In this document: positions 35,559 through 38,130 of the stretch, piece by piece
Layout of the letters: every line of letters starts with the position of its first letter
Numbering within the stretch: position 1 is the first letter of the stretch
Virus record (IMG/VR): IMGVR_UViG_3300014208_001454
Span: 1 to 38,130 of that record
DNA from: a virus
Taxonomy: Duplodnaviria; Caudoviricetes
Strand: one strand, 5' to 3'
DNA length: 38,130 nt
Translations under genes and position numbers: made by a program
Notes under the pieces: generated by a model
Told to the model about the DNA's origin: nothing
Database searches by the model: none
What the model saw: the letters and a program-made list of their open reading frames with translations, nothing else

Positions 35559-37327
35559 GCAACTTCCTCCAATTCTAAAGTCCTACCCAGCTCTTCAGCC
35601 CAAGCTTTAGGTACTTTGGGTACAACTGAATTACCAATGTATTTCTTCTGCTGGGTCTGGGTACCCTTAAGTATGTAACCATCCGGGAATCCTTGAATTT
35701 TTAACAATTCAATGATTTTCAGCATCCGCATATAGATATCCACTATTCCATACATAGCCATGAATTCTTTGATTTTACGGGTGAATTCGCTATCCGATTC
35801 ATATATTAAAATCACAGCTTCTCCATTTTCTGTTGTTGCCAGGTAAAGAGGGGTTTTGTCTTGCCGGGCTATTATTGTAGGCGAAGGAATGTCTATGCTT
35901 GAAGCCCCTTTATTAAACCATGCTGGGTTAATCAAATAATGTGTCCGCACAGAGGTAATGGTTGGTGCAGGTCGATCAGTATCAATTGCCGGAGCGGTTG
36001 AACTATTCATATTGATTAGGTAAGGCCATTTCCGGTTCGCTGTGATGGTATTGGCAGGCCTGTTGATATCTGAACCTACATTATTAAAGTGCGTGTTCAT
36101 GATAAATGGTTCAACACTTACCAGATTCATTTTTGGTGATGGCATAACAGATCCAGCAGGATTATCTAAACTCATCTTCTCCCCACCTCCTGAGAAATCA
36201 CGCATTATGAATTGTGGTTGAACTAGTGCAGCTCCATCCTTTGTTCTAATTGTTGGTGCAGGTTTATCAATGTCGGTACAGTTGTGCCCATTACCATAAT
36301 ATGCTGCGATAAATGCCGGTGAAACCAGTCCGTGCCGATCCTTTGTGGTTAATGATGGATTTGGTTTTTCTATGGAATCAACTTTAGAAGAATGATTATA
36401 ATTAACCATAAATTCTGCATGTACAATTGATTGGCTATCGATACATGTTACAGTTCCGGCAGGTCCGTCAATTGAAATACATTTACCTTCCGGTTTTCCG
36501 CTGTAATATTTAGCTATAAAGGCATCCTTCCCTCCAGCGACGAACTTTATCAGTCCAGCATGTATTCGCTCCAGAGTTTTCTCAGACAGAGGTTTTTTAC
36601 GTGCAAAAATAGAAACGCCCTTATCATCAAGATCAAGCACTTCTCTCACTGGCTTCCATGGTTTCAGTTTAGTTTCAAACAATCCTGAATTTTGCTTTTT
36701 AGCATGAGTTGGTTTTGGGAATACAATTGGCAAATTGTTCGCGGCAAACAACCCGAAGTACCGTTTACGAGAGGTATGTGCTCCATAATCAGCAGCATTA
36801 AGCTCCTTCCAATCGTATTCATAGCCACCATTAAGCGACTTCATTTCGTTTACCCAACGAGTGTAATCAATCCCACATTTCCGGCTAATTGGTTTTCCGG
36901 CATCATCCAACGGCCCCCATGCCATAAATTCAACTACATTTTCGATGCCTACATAATCAGGCTTCAGCGATTCAACATACCAAGGCATGAAATCAGCCAA
37001 ACTCCGGCTATCGGCATTTCGAGGTAGTCCGCCTTTCGCCTTACTGAAATTTGTACATTCTAGTGAAGCCCAAAGCAACACTATTGCGTTTGGGTATTGG
37101 ATCCTAGCATTGTGAAGAATCAGCTCTAAATCCTTCATCTTTACTTTTTTGATATCTTCAGTAAAGTGAACGGCATCCGGATGATTTGTTTCATGACTGG
37201 CAATGGCCATCTCATCATGGTTTACACAAGCTATTACCTTCGCAACTCTTTCACCGAATAATTCAGCCTGTTCAAATCCGGTTGTAACTCCACCGGCTCC
37301 GCAAAATAGATCGATAACTAGTATCAT
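35555..37327 (-). CDS. DNA cytosine-5 methyltransferase with repeat-expanded variable region
   Basis: DLFCGAGG, SLECT (catalytic Cys), ENV, RKR, QGFP, GNSV. Confidence 0.92.
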   Translation of the reverse strand: MILVIDLFCGAGGVTTGFEQAELFGERVAKVIACVNHDEMAIASHETNHPDAVHFTEDIKKVKMKDLELILHNARIQYPNAIVLLWASLECTNFSKAKGGLPRNADSRSLADFMPWYVESLKPDYVGIENVVEFMAWGPLDDAGKPISRKCGIDYTRWVNEMKSLNGGYEYDWKELNAADYGAHTSRKRYFGLFAANNLPIVFPKPTHAKKQNSGLFETKLKPWKPVREVLDLDDKGVSIFARKKPLSEKTLERIHAGLIKFVAGGKDAFIAKYYSGKPEGKCISIDGPAGTVTCIDSQSIVHAEFMVNYNHSSKVDSIEKPNPSLTTKDRHGLVSPAFIAAYYGNGHNCTDIDKPAPTIRTKDGAALVQPQFIMRDFSGGGEKMSLDNPAGSVMPSPKMNLVSVEPFIMNTHFNNVGSDINRPANTITANRKWPYLINMNSSTAPAIDTDRPAPTITSVRTHYLINPAWFNKGASSIDIPSPTIIARQDKTPLYLATTENGEAVILIYESDSEFTRKIKEFMAMYGIVDIYMRMLKIIELLKIQGFPDGYILKGTQTQQKKYIGNSVVPKVPKAWAEELGRTLELEEVA

Positions 37328-37647
37328 GATAATTCCTCCCTTACCGTTAATTGTGACAATTCACCATGTCCAAAACGGATCCTAAGCTCATTATCTTGAA
37401 TGGTCAGATACCACATTTCTATTTTAAAATTTGGGGAATTTTCGCGATGCCGGTTCAAAAGATCTCTTATTTGATCGCGAATAATTGCCAGTTGCGATTC
37501 CTTGGCTGAAACAGTTACACGTCTTTTGAGGTAGGACATCAGATTATCCCGGAATACATTGGAGGGTATTGGAGTTGCCTTAGGGTTTTGTATTAATTCA
37601 AGATTCATTTGCATTGTTTTTTGTGGTGGCGATGCCAGCCCGATCAC
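37324..37647 (-). CDS. Hypothetical protein
   Basis: ORF whose stop overlaps the methyltransferase start. Confidence 0.55.
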   Translation of the reverse strand: MIGLASPPQKTMQMNLELIQNPKATPIPSNVFRDNLMSYLKRRVTVSAKESQLAIIRDQIRDLLNRHRENSPNFKIEMWYLTIQDNELRIRFGHGELSQLTVREELS

Positions 37648-37684
37648 CGACCAGGTATTTTAAATTGGGAAGTTTGCGTTTGGG

Positions 37685-37885
37685 TTATTTCCCTCGTAGG
37701 GATTGTATTTTTCGATACTCCTGTGCAAAATATTCAGGGAGTATCTCAGGGTTTGTCAATTCAATGTTTTTAACGGAAACTTCCCTGAGCATAATGTGTA
37801 TGTCTTTGAATCGTGCTGGTACTGGGTTTCCTTCAATCTCTAGGATTACCGAGGCTTGAATTAATTTGAGTTTTGCCTTTTTCAT
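37685..37885 (-). CDS. Hypothetical protein
   Basis: 66 aa ORF coupled to upstream gene. Confidence 0.55.
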   Translation of the reverse strand: MKKAKLKLIQASVILEIEGNPVPARFKDIHIMLREVSVKNIELTNPEILPEYFAQEYRKIQSLRGK

Positions 37886-38130
37886 AATTTGACTTTCCCT
37901 TGATTGATTAATGATTTGATATATTTTTTCGCCACATTCAACTTATTCACGCGTACCTCGGTATCTACCTCCCTATATGTTGGAGTGGTGGCAAGTTTCC
38001 CTTCCGGTAACATCGCTCCAACAGGATAAAATCTTTTCACTTTTGCATTTCTATGAGAATCTTTCCAGTTTATATTTTCAATCTCGGCAGCTGCAAGCTT
38101 GCGGAGTTTCTTGGCTTTCTTCTGGTTCAT
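37882..38130 (-). CDS. Basic hypothetical protein
   Basis: 82 aa Lys-rich ORF starting at the window edge. Confidence 0.55.
   Translation of the reverse strand: MNQKKAKKLRKLAAAEIENINWKDSHRNAKVKRFYPVGAMLPEGKLATTPTYREVDTEVRVNKLNVAKKYIKSLINQGKVKL

Larger units (their letters stand above)
1..38130. mobile_element. Temperate siphovirus-like (pro)phage of a Bacteroidota host
   Basis: Integrase, terminase, portal, protease, capsid, tape measure, lysis and replication genes; no sheath gene seen; repressor and att sites not in window. Confidence 0.9.

Noticed and set aside
722-37859. Many short + strand ORFs opposite large genes
   Set aside because: Antisense shadows of well-supported minus-strand genes with no recognisable motifs
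1-38130. att sites, repressor, tRNA genes
   Set aside because: None recognised; the window begins and ends on start codons, so att sites and the immunity region probably lie outside it

Overview
A 38 kb, nearly complete temperate siphovirus-like (pro)phage of a Bacteroidota host. The host call is inferred from TAnnTTTG-type promoters and gene families. A tyrosine integrase lies on + at the left end and everything else runs on -. Read right to left, the modules are: two DNA methyltransferases, a primase-helicase, a MazG-like gene, a diversity-generating retroelement (DGR), an iteron origin, a candidate late regulator, then fibre, head, tail tube, packaging, an ArdC/RadC cassette, portal, lysis, tail, tape measure and two AT-rich membrane/lipoprotein genes. 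The main finding is an atypical DGR in the replication module. One ~72-nt template repeat (30725-30796) matches two variable repeats in two tandem small paralogous genes with no structural-protein features (VR1: 16/16 mismatches at TR adenines; VR2: 16/19). There is no recognisable avd gene, and a small frameshifted gene coupled to the RT is a candidate alternative accessory factor. Also seen: a five-copy phage-specific promoter motif, two candidate antisense RNA switches, a G9 tract in the adenine methyltransferase, and a capsid protein with a hydrophobic N-terminus and a CBM-like insertion. All family assignments are by eye from motifs; no searches were run.
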